A stretch of DNA of 35,957 nucleotides, taken from sequence record SRR20825010_813; one strand, 5' to 3'. Both the position numbers and the translations under genes were made by a program. The notes under the pieces are model-generated. The model did no database searches. It worked only from the letters and a program-made list of their open reading frames with translations, and was not told the DNA's origin. Each line of letters starts with the position of its first letter. The stretch's first letter is position 1. Below are positions 26,762 to 35,957 of this stretch, piece by piece.

Positions 26762-29700
26762 ATGTTTCGCTCAATTTTACTGCTTCTTGTATTCTTTTCT
26801 CTTGCTTTTACGGGAAGAACTTCGCACGTTGCAGGAGGAGATATCACGTGGACATGTCAGGGTGGAAATTATGTTTTTCAGTTGGTTTTCTACCGAGATT
26901 GCAACGGCGCCGATATCAATCCAGTTAGTGAAACCATCGATGTTTGGGGACATCCAACCGTTTCAACGATAAATCTTTCATTTGTTTCTCGAACGGATAT
27001 TTCACCGATTTGTACTCCAGTAGCTGGTGGACCAAACGCAATTGTATGTGGATCAGGACCGAATGCTGGAAACGGATTAGGAGCAATGGAAAAAGTAGTC
27101 TACCGAAGTGCTCCCATTGCTTTACCTGGGACTCCACCTGCGACAGGTTGGGTGTTTACGTATCAGAATTTTTCACGAAGTGGAACAATTAGTAACCTTG
27201 TTGATCCTTCAACTAAGGGAACTACGCTTGTTTCTAAGATGTTTGCAATCCCTGGAGCGGCGGGTGCTTGCATTGATAATTCCCCTCAATTTTTACAAGA
27301 TCCTTACTTCGTGAGTTGCGCTGGCGATCCTTATGCGTACAATATGAATGCGGTTGATCCTGACCTTGATTCAATTCATCTTTCATTTTCAAATCCACTA
27401 GATCACTTTCCAGCATTAACGTACGATCCGCCCAATTCGCCATTGGCTTTGCAATTCGAAGCTGGATTTTCTGTCAATTCTCCAACACCGGGAGTCGGAA
27501 TGAATGCTTCAAACGTTCCTGCACAACTTAATCCCAGCTCTGGAGAACTCACATTTTTATCCAATAATATAGGGAGTTACGTTGTGAAAATTACGGCTCG
27601 GTCTTATAGAAACGGAGTGCTAATCGCTGAGGTCGATCGTGAAATGCAGTTGTTTGTGAAAGCATGCACTGGAGCCAATAATCCACCAGTAATTGCTGGA
27701 CCATTTGGTGGACTCTTCGAAACTACCGTGAACGCAGGTGCATTGGTTAATTTCAATTTAAGTTCTACAGACGTTGAAGTGTTACAAGACGGATCTCCAC
27801 AAAACAATTTATTGAGTGCTTCTGGATTAATGTTTGGAACTGGATTTACCAGTAATTCTGGATGTGCAATCGCACCGTGTGCAACTTTAAACGCGACTCC
27901 AATTATTACAATGCCCCAAGGAGTCACGACGAATTTCAACTGGCAGACAGATTGTGATCATTTAGTCACACCATTTGGAACGACAGAAGATTTCATTCCT
28001 TATCACTTTGTATTTAAAGTACAGGACGATTATTGCCCAACACCGAAGGTGAGTTATGTAACGATAACAATAAACGTTGTCAACCCAGGGATTTTAAACG
28101 CGCCAGAAATAAATTGTATTCAAACTGACGCGGCTGGAAACCTTACGATTTCATGGAATCCAATTGCCGATCCATTGGGTACATTCACAGAATATAGAAT
28201 TTATAGTGTTCAAAGCGGACTTGTTGGAACAGTTCCAGCCATTGGAACAAACTCATTTACTTTTCCCGGGACCGGCCAAGATGAGGATTATACGATTGCA
28301 GTAGCCTCAGGATGCGATGGAAATGCCCTTCGTTTTTCGGATACGCTTTCTAATATTCACCTTACGCTAAACAATCCGTTGAATGGAACAGCGGTGTTAC
28401 AATGGAATCCACCAGCCACTCCGCCACTCGCTGGAATGAATCCTTTCTATCACATTTATCGTGAATATCCAGCTGGAACGTGGTCAATTTACGACAGTGT
28501 GCCTTATGGTTCAACATTCTATATAGACACGATCGATATTTGTGATGTCTTTTTGAATTATCAAATAGTACTTCCAAACGCTCCGTGCAACTTTACTTCG
28601 AACATTGCTGGAGATCAGTTTCAAGATCGAATTACTCCAGATATTCCAACGATTACTTCAGTAACCATAGACACGCTCACTGGAAATTTAATCATTACTT
28701 GGAATCAAAATAATCAACCGGACACCTACGGTTATGTTATTTATGGAGAAGATGCAAATGGATTTATCGTTGAAATTGACACTGTTTGGGGAATTGCAAA
28801 TACCAATTTTTCTTACGTAACAAATACGTCAAATGGACCGTTAACTTATTCTGTTGCCGCATTTGACTCATGTTGGACGCCCGTTGTTCCACCAACTTAT
28901 CAAACTTCCGCCAAAGCACCTGTGCACACAACGGTATTTTTAACAAGCACTTTAGATATTTGTACTCAATCCATCGATTTAAGTTGGACACCATACATTG
29001 GTTGGACAGGAGTGGATGAATACAAAATCTACGCTCGAATCAATGGTCAATCTTGGTCAGTGATTGGAACAACTTCAGGAACTTCATTTACCTTTGATGC
29101 TCTGCCGAATAAAAATTATTGCATTGCCATCGAAGCTATTTCGACGACTGGAGTGAAATCCTTTTCAAATATTGCATGTCTTTACATTACAGCACCACTC
29201 AGACCAGCGATTAACTACGTTAAAGTTGCCACAGTAGCTGGCGAATCGGTTCTTATTCGTCATTTCCTAGATAATTCGGTTACTATTTCTGGACTTTCAC
29301 TTCAGCGAAAAACGGTTGGCGGAATCTTCGAAGAAATTGCCGTTTTACCAGCAGGATCAGCAAATACCTCTTACACGGATGAAGACGTTGACGTTCAAAA
29401 AAATTCCTATATCTACCGTGTTCAAATAATAGATAGCTGTAATTTATACGCGGAAATTTCGAACGAGGCTCAAACGATTTTGTTAACGATCCAGAATGAC
29501 GATGTAGCAAAGCTGAATTATCTGAACTGGAATGATTATCAATCCTTTAATGGGTCTATTCTAGGATATCGCATCTATCGCGGAATTGACAATGTATTTG
29601 GAGGCTCTCCAATCGCAACAGTTGCTATTAATCAACGCTCTTTTGAAGATGATGTAAATGACGTGATCTCGAATGGAACAATTTGCTACTATGTAGAAGC

Positions 29701-30049
29701 GATGGAATCCATTAACGTGTATAGTTTTGCTGAGTTAAGTCAATCGAATGTGCGATGTATGGTTCTTCCTCCGCTCGTTTATATTCCAAATGCTTTTATG
29801 CCAGATGGAATTAATAAAATCTTTAGACCTGTCATTTCCGACTTCGATGCTACTCAATATGAATTTAGGATCTATGATCGATACGGTCAAGTTATCTTCC
29901 AAACAAATGCCTACAATCAAGGATGGGATGGCATAATCAGCGCTTCAGGAAAGATGGCAGAACCCGGTGTTTACAACTATCTTGTTCAAGTAGTCGATGG
30001 TTTCGGTGTTCAGATGATTCACAGAGGACACGTTACGTTGGTGAAATAA
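26762..30049 (+). CDS. T9SS type B cargo with FN3/Ig-like repeats and gliding motility-associated CTD
   Basis: Signal peptide, SHVAGGDITW...YRDC N-domain, repeated ISW/LQW/ITW/LSW beta-sandwich units, CTD YIPNAFMPDG...YDRYGQ...WDG...GHVTLVK. Confidence 0.87.
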   Translation: MFRSILLLLVFFSLAFTGRTSHVAGGDITWTCQGGNYVFQLVFYRDCNGADINPVSETIDVWGHPTVSTINLSFVSRTDISPICTPVAGGPNAIVCGSGPNAGNGLGAMEKVVYRSAPIALPGTPPATGWVFTYQNFSRSGTISNLVDPSTKGTTLVSKMFAIPGAAGACIDNSPQFLQDPYFVSCAGDPYAYNMNAVDPDLDSIHLSFSNPLDHFPALTYDPPNSPLALQFEAGFSVNSPTPGVGMNASNVPAQLNPSSGELTFLSNNIGSYVVKITARSYRNGVLIAEVDREMQLFVKACTGANNPPVIAGPFGGLFETTVNAGALVNFNLSSTDVEVLQDGSPQNNLLSASGLMFGTGFTSNSGCAIAPCATLNATPIITMPQGVTTNFNWQTDCDHLVTPFGTTEDFIPYHFVFKVQDDYCPTPKVSYVTITINVVNPGILNAPEINCIQTDAAGNLTISWNPIADPLGTFTEYRIYSVQSGLVGTVPAIGTNSFTFPGTGQDEDYTIAVASGCDGNALRFSDTLSNIHLTLNNPLNGTAVLQWNPPATPPLAGMNPFYHIYREYPAGTWSIYDSVPYGSTFYIDTIDICDVFLNYQIVLPNAPCNFTSNIAGDQFQDRITPDIPTITSVTIDTLTGNLIITWNQNNQPDTYGYVIYGEDANGFIVEIDTVWGIANTNFSYVTNTSNGPLTYSVAAFDSCWTPVVPPTYQTSAKAPVHTTVFLTSTLDICTQSIDLSWTPYIGWTGVDEYKIYARINGQSWSVIGTTSGTSFTFDALPNKNYCIAIEAISTTGVKSFSNIACLYITAPLRPAINYVKVATVAGESVLIRHFLDNSVTISGLSLQRKTVGGIFEEIAVLPAGSANTSYTDEDVDVQKNSYIYRVQIIDSCNLYAEISNEAQTILLTIQNDDVAKLNYLNWNDYQSFNGSILGYRIYRGIDNVFGGSPIATVAINQRSFEDDVNDVISNGTICYYVEAMESINVYSFAELSQSNVRCMVLPPLVYIPNAFMPDGINKIFRPVISDFDATQYEFRIYDRYGQVIFQTNAYNQGWDGIISASGKMAEPGVYNYLVQVVDGFGVQMIHRGHVTLVK

Positions 30050-30051
30050 GC

Positions 30052-30059
30052 TATTTTTG
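30052..30059 (+). promoter_or_regulatory. -7 element (TATTTTTG) 4 nt upstream of a GTG start
   Basis: Exact TAnnTTTG match in the 14-nt intergenic gap. Confidence 0.55.
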
Positions 30060-30063
30060 TTCG

Positions 30064-31029
30064 GTGAAGCGCATTTTAATTATTCAAACGGCATTTTTGG
30101 GAGACGTAATTCTAATGACTCCTGTCGTTACTGAATTAAAACGCCTTTTCCCCGAAGCATCCATCGACGTTTTGGTAAAAAAAGGGAATGAATCTTTACT
30201 CGCGAATCATCCAGCGATTAACAGCATCAGTGTTTTTGATAAGTCCAAAGGAAAATGGAAATCCATGTTTCGTCTTATTCGACAATTTCGTTCGCAGCGA
30301 TATGATTTGGCGGTCAATTTACATCGATTTGCAAGCTCAGGAATCATTACGTGGTTGTCTGGCAGTAAACGGAAAATCGGCTTTAAGAAAAATCCTTTTT
30401 CGTTCAGCTATTCCAAATCGTTTCCGCACACAATTGGAGACGGAACGCATGAAGTAGAACGGAATTTGTCACTGATAAAAGATCTCGGAGCAGAGACGTT
30501 GGTCCGACCGACACTGCATCCTTCGAAAGCGGATATCGACTCCATTGAACAGTACGTAACAGAAGAGTACTTTTGTTTGGCTCCTGCTTCCGTATGGTTT
30601 ACCAAGCAACTTCCAATTGAAAAATGGATAGAGTTAATCAACCAACTTGGAACAAACAAGCGTTTTTATTTACTTGGAGCACCATCTGATCATGATTTGT
30701 GTGAATCGATTTGCTCGCGTTTTAGTTCTTCAAGCATTGTCAATCTAGCGGGTAAACTATCTTTACTTCAATCCGCAGCATTAATGAAATCTGCCAAACG
30801 AAATTATGTAAATGATTCAGGACCACTTCATCTTGCATCTTCTGTAAATGCTCCTGTAACGGCATTTTTCTGTTCTACAGTTCCAGCTTTTGGTTTTGGT
30901 CCGCTTTCGGATGATGCGAGAATTTTAGAGGTCAAAGAGCAATTATCATGCAGACCATGCGGTTTACATGGACACAAAGCCTGTCCTGAAGGTCACTTCG
31001 ACTGTGGTAAAATAAACCTGAACCAGTAA
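30064..31029 (+). CDS. Glycosyltransferase family 9 (LPS heptosyltransferase-like)
   Basis: ILIIQTAFLGDVIL, HEVERNL, NLAGKLSLLQSAAL, VNDSGPLHLA. Start corrected to GTG at 30064. Confidence 0.92.
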   Translation: MKRILIIQTAFLGDVILMTPVVTELKRLFPEASIDVLVKKGNESLLANHPAINSISVFDKSKGKWKSMFRLIRQFRSQRYDLAVNLHRFASSGIITWLSGSKRKIGFKKNPFSFSYSKSFPHTIGDGTHEVERNLSLIKDLGAETLVRPTLHPSKADIDSIEQYVTEEYFCLAPASVWFTKQLPIEKWIELINQLGTNKRFYLLGAPSDHDLCESICSRFSSSSIVNLAGKLSLLQSAALMKSAKRNYVNDSGPLHLASSVNAPVTAFFCSTVPAFGFGPLSDDARILEVKEQLSCRPCGLHGHKACPEGHFDCGKINLNQ

Positions 31030-31072
31030 CCATTCCCTTCATTCACGTTACACGTACTTACAAACTACATTT

Positions 31073-31711
31073 ATGAAATCAATTATCTTCATTGCATTCG
31101 CTATACTATTTGCTACGAGTTGCTCACTAGAAAAAAGTCACTCAGATGCGTATTCATCACAAGGTCGGACATCAAATGACTACAGATCTGATCAAAAAAT
31201 CATTTACACATCTAGTATAAGTCTCACTGTAGTTAATCCCGACTCAGCGAATGTTCAACTCGCAAAAGTTGTGGCAAAATATAGAGGATATCTCAACGAA
31301 AACGGAACAACAAAGGCCATCTTAAGGGTTCGGTCCAACTCACTTGATTCTGCTATAGTTGACATCGAACGATTAGGTAAAGTAGAGCACAAGAATATTC
31401 AAGGAAAAGATGTGAGCGAAGAATACTCAGATTATGCTATTCGATTAGAAAATGCTGAGAAAGCTCGGTCACGCTATTTGGAACTTCTTGCTAAAGCAGA
31501 AACCGTAGAAGCAGCGCTTTTGGTAGAGAAAGAATTGGAACGTTTGAACGGATCCATCGAATTAATGAAGGGGAAAATAAACCGAATTGACCATTTAGTG
31601 GAATACTCAACGATCACCGTATATTTAAAAGAGAAGAAAAAGCCTGGTGTAATCGGCTATGTTGCTGTTGGTGTTTACAGAGGAGTCAAGTGGCTTTTTG
31701 TTCGCAACTAG
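31073..31711 (+). CDS. DUF4349-like lipoprotein
   Basis: Lipobox FATS-C; DVSEEYSD, RYLELLAKAETVE, VEKELERL, VEYSTITV. Confidence 0.85.
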   Translation: MKSIIFIAFAILFATSCSLEKSHSDAYSSQGRTSNDYRSDQKIIYTSSISLTVVNPDSANVQLAKVVAKYRGYLNENGTTKAILRVRSNSLDSAIVDIERLGKVEHKNIQGKDVSEEYSDYAIRLENAEKARSRYLELLAKAETVEAALLVEKELERLNGSIELMKGKINRIDHLVEYSTITVYLKEKKKPGVIGYVAVGVYRGVKWLFVRN

Positions 31712-32202
31712 ATTTCCCGAACCATTACGTAGTCTTCCATTAGATACCCTCTTCCGATATTGATATCTTCTTCCTTCGTTATGATAAAATTGTTTCGTTT
31801 GTAGAATTCAACAGCATTGTTAAACCGGTTCACGTTGAGATTAACTGAAACAGCGTCCATTTCTTTTGCGATTTCAATTGATTTATTCAACAGTGCTTTT
31901 CCAAGTCCCTGTCCGTGCACCAAAGGGTCAACATACAATTTATGAATTCGTAACGTTCCAACTTCGGGATAATTCGGTTCAAGACCGATGAATCCTTTGG
32001 GAGAACCATCCAGCGTGATCAAATAGAACAAATGTCCCGTCATAGCTTGCTCTTGAAGCGTGTTGAGATCGTACATCCAATCAAGCATATACTTCATCTG
32101 CTCAGTAGAAAGGATATCTTTAAACGCAATTGGCCAGATATCTTTAGCCAATTCATGCACAATTACAATATCATCTTTTGAAAGTTGTTTAATCTGGATC
32201 AT
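31708..32202 (-). CDS. GNAT N-acetyltransferase
   Basis: IHKLYVDPLVHGQGLG, LNVNRFNNAVEFY, IGRGYLMEDYVM. Confidence 0.9.
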   Translation of the reverse strand: MIQIKQLSKDDIVIVHELAKDIWPIAFKDILSTEQMKYMLDWMYDLNTLQEQAMTGHLFYLITLDGSPKGFIGLEPNYPEVGTLRIHKLYVDPLVHGQGLGKALLNKSIEIAKEMDAVSVNLNVNRFNNAVEFYKRNNFIITKEEDINIGRGYLMEDYVMVREI

Positions 32203-32268
32203 ACTTAGATTTGAAATACAAAGCTAGAATGAAATTAATTCCAATAAATCAAGTCTCAAAATAGTTAT

Positions 32269-34008
32269 CTACCTAACGATGTGAACGAAACCATGAGCTG
32301 TGTATAGCGCTTTTTCTTCATCGTCGTACTCGAACTTAATACTTGTTGGGGTAGCTACATACGTGTAAACTCCTTCCTCAAGTTGGCGCTTTTTCATATC
32401 TAATCCAGTCCAATCATTCTGATAATTCAAACTCTCGTAGACCAAATTCCCCCAGCGATTGAAAATTTGAAGATGAACTCGGTCGTAATCTTCCGTATTT
32501 CGGATAATGAATGCGTCATTTATTCCATCTCCATTGGCTGTAATAATATTCGGAGGATGAATCGGACATTGGTTCATCACTATAATTGGAGCCGAAGTAA
32601 TTCCCTTTCCACAAGCATCAGTTACACTCACTTGCATGATGTTTAAATTTGGATTTAAAGCGCTCGCAGGGAATACGATGGTGTCGTTATTAGCATACGG
32701 AGTCGGTTCCCAATAGTATGTATAAGGTCCATATCCATTCTGGACATTGCACCAGAGCAATCCATATTCTCCAAAATCGTCACAGACATTAATACTGTCT
32801 TCATGCGTAATTGACATATTAACGTAATCGATGATCGTTAATGAAGCTGTAGTTGTATCAAATGTATTTTCACATGGATTCGGAACAATCACACTAAAAA
32901 TGATGGTTTCATTTCCTTCTGTAATTCCATCTGCGAATGGGAAAATAACAATAGTATCAGAAGCTACACCCGCTGGAATTGTAATTGTATTCGGTAAGAA
33001 ATTATAATCTGTTCCATTGATTGCTGTTCCCGTCAATAGAATTTGAATAGTAAGGTCAGATGTGGTATCGTCCCTTTCAACAATAAAACCAGATGATTGA
33101 CAATCTTCTATCAAACTTCCTCCACCAACTGCTGTCACCGTAATTGGCTCAATCACATCACATACTACTACGCGGTAGCCAAAAACTCTAATTTTGCTAT
33201 TTATGAGAACGCCGTTTCGGTATTCTTCCACACACACGCCAGCCACAAATGTTCCGATTTGACTTGGTGTAATATCCATCATTCCTGTTTGAGAATCAAT
33301 CGTAATATTTGACCCTGGACCAAAAGGTTGAGTTCCACTGTACCCTGCATCCCACGTTAAATCCGTATACGGTGCTGGAAACTCAGGATTCGGATTCACA
33401 TTTGCCACATCTATGGTTTTAGGCGTACAGAGTGAGTAGACCAATGAATCTCCGTCCATATCTGATGCGGAGTGATCAAAGGTTAACGTATTATTTGAAC
33501 AAAGTACGATGGGGGGATAGTTCACATACCTCGCCGAATTGTTATCCAACGCTCCAACGAGATTTGTTCCTGGAACGTCGCACGTAAGCGTTATTCCCCA
33601 ACTCCCTGGATTAACGATATTTAGAATATTCGCAGCCCAACAACATCTTTGATAAGAAATATAATATCCTCCTGGCGTTGCAGGCAAGGTAATTGTATCA
33701 ACATAAATAGCCCTTTCGATGCAAATATCACTTGGTGGTGTCACACAAGGATCGTCGTATACAATTGGTAATGTATCAGGTTGTGGAAGCGGCACAAAAA
33801 ACTCAGAAAACAATGTTCCGTTCGCATAAAAAACCGTGTAGGCAATTGGATCATCGAAACCTGACCCTGAGCAATCTCTATAAATTTCCAAGGTTACTCG
33901 ATACTGATCATTTCCAAGAGAATCGTAATAAATTTCACCTCCTACGATGTGAGAGCCAAATGATGAGAAACTCGTAAAGGCAACCAAAAATGCAATTATT
34001 CTAATCAT
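32269..34008 (-). CDS. T9SS type B cargo with gliding motility-associated CTD and a Calx-beta-like domain
   Basis: Signal peptide, SHIVGGEIYY...YRDC, YQRCC, GTAINGTDY...DGITEGNETII, CTD PNIITANGDGIND...IFNRWG...GFVHIVR. Confidence 0.87.
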   Translation of the reverse strand: MIRIIAFLVAFTSFSSFGSHIVGGEIYYDSLGNDQYRVTLEIYRDCSGSGFDDPIAYTVFYANGTLFSEFFVPLPQPDTLPIVYDDPCVTPPSDICIERAIYVDTITLPATPGGYYISYQRCCWAANILNIVNPGSWGITLTCDVPGTNLVGALDNNSARYVNYPPIVLCSNNTLTFDHSASDMDGDSLVYSLCTPKTIDVANVNPNPEFPAPYTDLTWDAGYSGTQPFGPGSNITIDSQTGMMDITPSQIGTFVAGVCVEEYRNGVLINSKIRVFGYRVVVCDVIEPITVTAVGGGSLIEDCQSSGFIVERDDTTSDLTIQILLTGTAINGTDYNFLPNTITIPAGVASDTIVIFPFADGITEGNETIIFSVIVPNPCENTFDTTTASLTIIDYVNMSITHEDSINVCDDFGEYGLLWCNVQNGYGPYTYYWEPTPYANNDTIVFPASALNPNLNIMQVSVTDACGKGITSAPIIVMNQCPIHPPNIITANGDGINDAFIIRNTEDYDRVHLQIFNRWGNLVYESLNYQNDWTGLDMKKRQLEEGVYTYVATPTSIKFEYDDEEKALYTAHGFVHIVR

Positions 34009-34103
34009 AATTTATTTTTTGAGCTATTAAATTATAGTACACAGTTATAGTAATAAGACGAAAAAACTGCTCGAAGTTATGCACGTGAATTTATGGAGGG
34101 TAC

Positions 34104-34134
34104 AAAAAAACTCCATTTCTTTCGAAATGGAGTT
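34104..34134 (-). terminator. Intrinsic terminator after the VWD gene
   Basis: Stem AACTCCATTTC / GAAATGGAGTT with a 4-nt loop and an A-run giving a minus-strand U-tail. Confidence 0.82.
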
Positions 34135-34164
34135 CATCTATTTGAGATTCTATCTTACTTTATT

Positions 34165-35880
34165 TTATCCACCACGTCTGCCACCAGCAGAAGGTTTCGG
34201 TGCACTTGGTTTTGGAGCACTTGGCTTTGAAACCGAAGGCTTTGGAGCGCTTGGTTTAGGAGTACTTACTCTTGGCGTGCTTGATTTCGGAGGTGCTGGC
34301 GTTGGTGCTGGCGTAGATCGAACCGTTGGAGTACTCGGTGTTGGTATTGTAGGCTCCGCTGATTCTTGGGTTGTTCCTCCAAATCGTGTACTCGGTTTAG
34401 AAGGCTCAACATTCTGTGGTGTTTCCTCCGCTGCTGACGGGTTTGTTCTTCCCATTGGTTGCGCAGGATTTGAACCACTTTGATCTTCTGGAGAAACTTG
34501 CATGTCAGCAGGAATCGGAGTGTACTTTGGTTTTTTTCCAGGATCCGTTTGAGAATCTTCTCCGTTTACAGGAACTGGTCTTAAACGCGCTTCCGTATTT
34601 GGATTATTATTCGCTACTGGTCTTGGCAATGGTCGTAACTCTACTCCATCCGTTGGTCTTGGAACCACTGGCGGAGGTGTTGGTTCGATTCCAACATGTC
34701 CATTATCGAACATACATGCATTCAAGTCTCTTCCCGTAATTCCTTGTTGCTCACAATTTCTTCTTGCAGCATCCCGTTGGCTTTGAGATAAATCATCAAC
34801 TGTTCGGTGGTATCTTGGAAAGCTTCGATCTGTAAAAGTGAATGTAGACGTACCCATTGGATATTCGAATAAAGATGTCAATTGAGACACACGGTATTGA
34901 TCAGCTAAGTTATTTGCTAAGTACGCCAATCTGCGTTGCTCTAACTCTCTTCCTCCACCAAAAATATCACCACCATTCCCTATTCGCAGGTCAGCGACAT
35001 CGTTCATTCCTTGAAAATCATCTCGCTCAATTCCGTTTGCGTTTCCAAGTAATCCATCATAGAAACCTGTTCCGCACTCAGAGATACTCACAACGACATT
35101 CATAAAAGACATTCGTCCAGAATTTCTAATTGTTGCAGTAACGATTTCACCTGTTGGCCATGAAACCAAATATTGACTTCCTGTTCTTGTGATCGTTCCA
35201 CCGTTTGTAAGAAAATATGCTTTTCCTGGATTAACATCCACTGCTCTACCATTCACTCTAACTGGAGAATCAAACCTTCCATCAGGAAGATCAGTCGCAT
35301 AAATTCCAACTCTATCTCCTCCTACATTCATTGCAACGGCAGTGTTCAAAGAAATATCATCGCCACTTGCTTTTTGTCTTGTTTGAACTTCCATTCCATT
35401 CGATGAACGCGTTAAGACAAACTCTCCAACCGTTTGAAAAGAATATCTTGCACCATCAAAAGACTGCATGTGAGGATCTCCATAACTTCTAGCGATACGT
35501 GTACCGCAACCATTATTTCCCGTTCCTGCATTCGGTCGGTTTGGTCTAACCACAATACGTCTAATTTCCGACCATTGTGTTTGATCGTTAGAAGTATTTG
35601 CGACAGCTACTTTCTCAATTGCAGATCGAGTGTTATTTGGCAATAATTCCACCATTTGTGCTGGTGTAACGTCTTCAGGAAATGTTCTATCCGGAACAGC
35701 TTCTTTTTTAGAGATAGCTTCAAGGCTAGAAGCTAACCAAGGGCCTCTAATAGGATCCCATTGCTCCAATTCCATTCTAATTGGATCATAGCTTTTACCA
35801 AAAGTGTTTGCGTCGTCTTGTGCCATAACTGCGCTAAAGACTAGTAAAAAGCTCGCGATGATATAGTATTTTTTTCTCAT
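34165..35880 (-). CDS. Secreted von Willebrand factor type D (VWD) domain protein with Pro-rich tail
   Basis: Signal peptide; SYGDPHMQSFDGARYSFQTVGEFVL, GLLGNANG, ACMFD; about 170-aa P/S/T-rich C-terminus. Confidence 0.85.
   Translation of the reverse strand: MRKKYYIIASFLLVFSAVMAQDDANTFGKSYDPIRMELEQWDPIRGPWLASSLEAISKKEAVPDRTFPEDVTPAQMVELLPNNTRSAIEKVAVANTSNDQTQWSEIRRIVVRPNRPNAGTGNNGCGTRIARSYGDPHMQSFDGARYSFQTVGEFVLTRSSNGMEVQTRQKASGDDISLNTAVAMNVGGDRVGIYATDLPDGRFDSPVRVNGRAVDVNPGKAYFLTNGGTITRTGSQYLVSWPTGEIVTATIRNSGRMSFMNVVVSISECGTGFYDGLLGNANGIERDDFQGMNDVADLRIGNGGDIFGGGRELEQRRLAYLANNLADQYRVSQLTSLFEYPMGTSTFTFTDRSFPRYHRTVDDLSQSQRDAARRNCEQQGITGRDLNACMFDNGHVGIEPTPPPVVPRPTDGVELRPLPRPVANNNPNTEARLRPVPVNGEDSQTDPGKKPKYTPIPADMQVSPEDQSGSNPAQPMGRTNPSAAEETPQNVEPSKPSTRFGGTTQESAEPTIPTPSTPTVRSTPAPTPAPPKSSTPRVSTPKPSAPKPSVSKPSAPKPSAPKPSAGGRRGG
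34186..34265 (-). repeat. Degenerate 15-bp coding tandem repeat (about 5 x PKPSA)
   Basis: Encodes PKPSAPKPSVSKPSAPKPSAPKPSA with varied codons. Confidence 0.85.
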
Positions 35881-35923
35881 AGTTGAAACGATTGATTGTC
35901 ACGTATAATGCAAAATATATGCC

Positions 35924-35957
35924 AAAAAAAATCCCGTTCAAAATTTTGAACGGGATT
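35924..35957 (-). terminator. Probable terminator of a gene beyond the window
   Basis: Perfect palindrome AATCCCGTTCAAAATTTTGAACGGGATT (35930-35957) next to an A-run. Confidence 0.7.

Noticed and set aside
29923-30063. N-terminal extension of the GT9 ORF
   Set aside because: It overlaps the upstream CTD coding region; GT9 homology begins at the GTG at 30064.
34079-34483. 134-aa plus-strand ORF with GFGAL repeats
   Set aside because: It is the antisense shadow of the PKPSA repeats and crosses the terminator.

Overview
The window looks like core chromosome of an AT-rich Bacteroidota, probably Flavobacteriales. This is inferred from T9SS cargo proteins, TAnnTTTG promoters and the lack of Shine-Dalgarno sites. 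It carries about 30 mostly housekeeping CDSs: aroE, DUF368, menA, menC, tex, fabK-like, an M42 peptidase, an M16 peptidase pair, a GT9 glycosyltransferase, two GNATs and a CoA-transferase. It also has four T9SS-secreted proteins, an orphan GldN-like gene and a secreted VWD (GDPH) protein with a Pro-rich tail. No rRNA, tRNA, CRISPR array, transposase or integrase was recognised. The most unusual structure is a ~1.83-kb single-gene islet (about 8691-10519) encoding a 515-aa Fic protein. It lies between two diverged 77-bp copies (61/77 identical, differences mostly synonymous) of the overlapping 3' ends of two convergent host genes, so both host genes stay intact. The Fic gene is preceded by TTAAATAATAA repeats at an exact 24-bp period. 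In addition, four genes have a -7 promoter motif exactly 4 nt before the start codon, suggesting leaderless mRNAs. All product calls come from motif recognition by eye; no database search was run.
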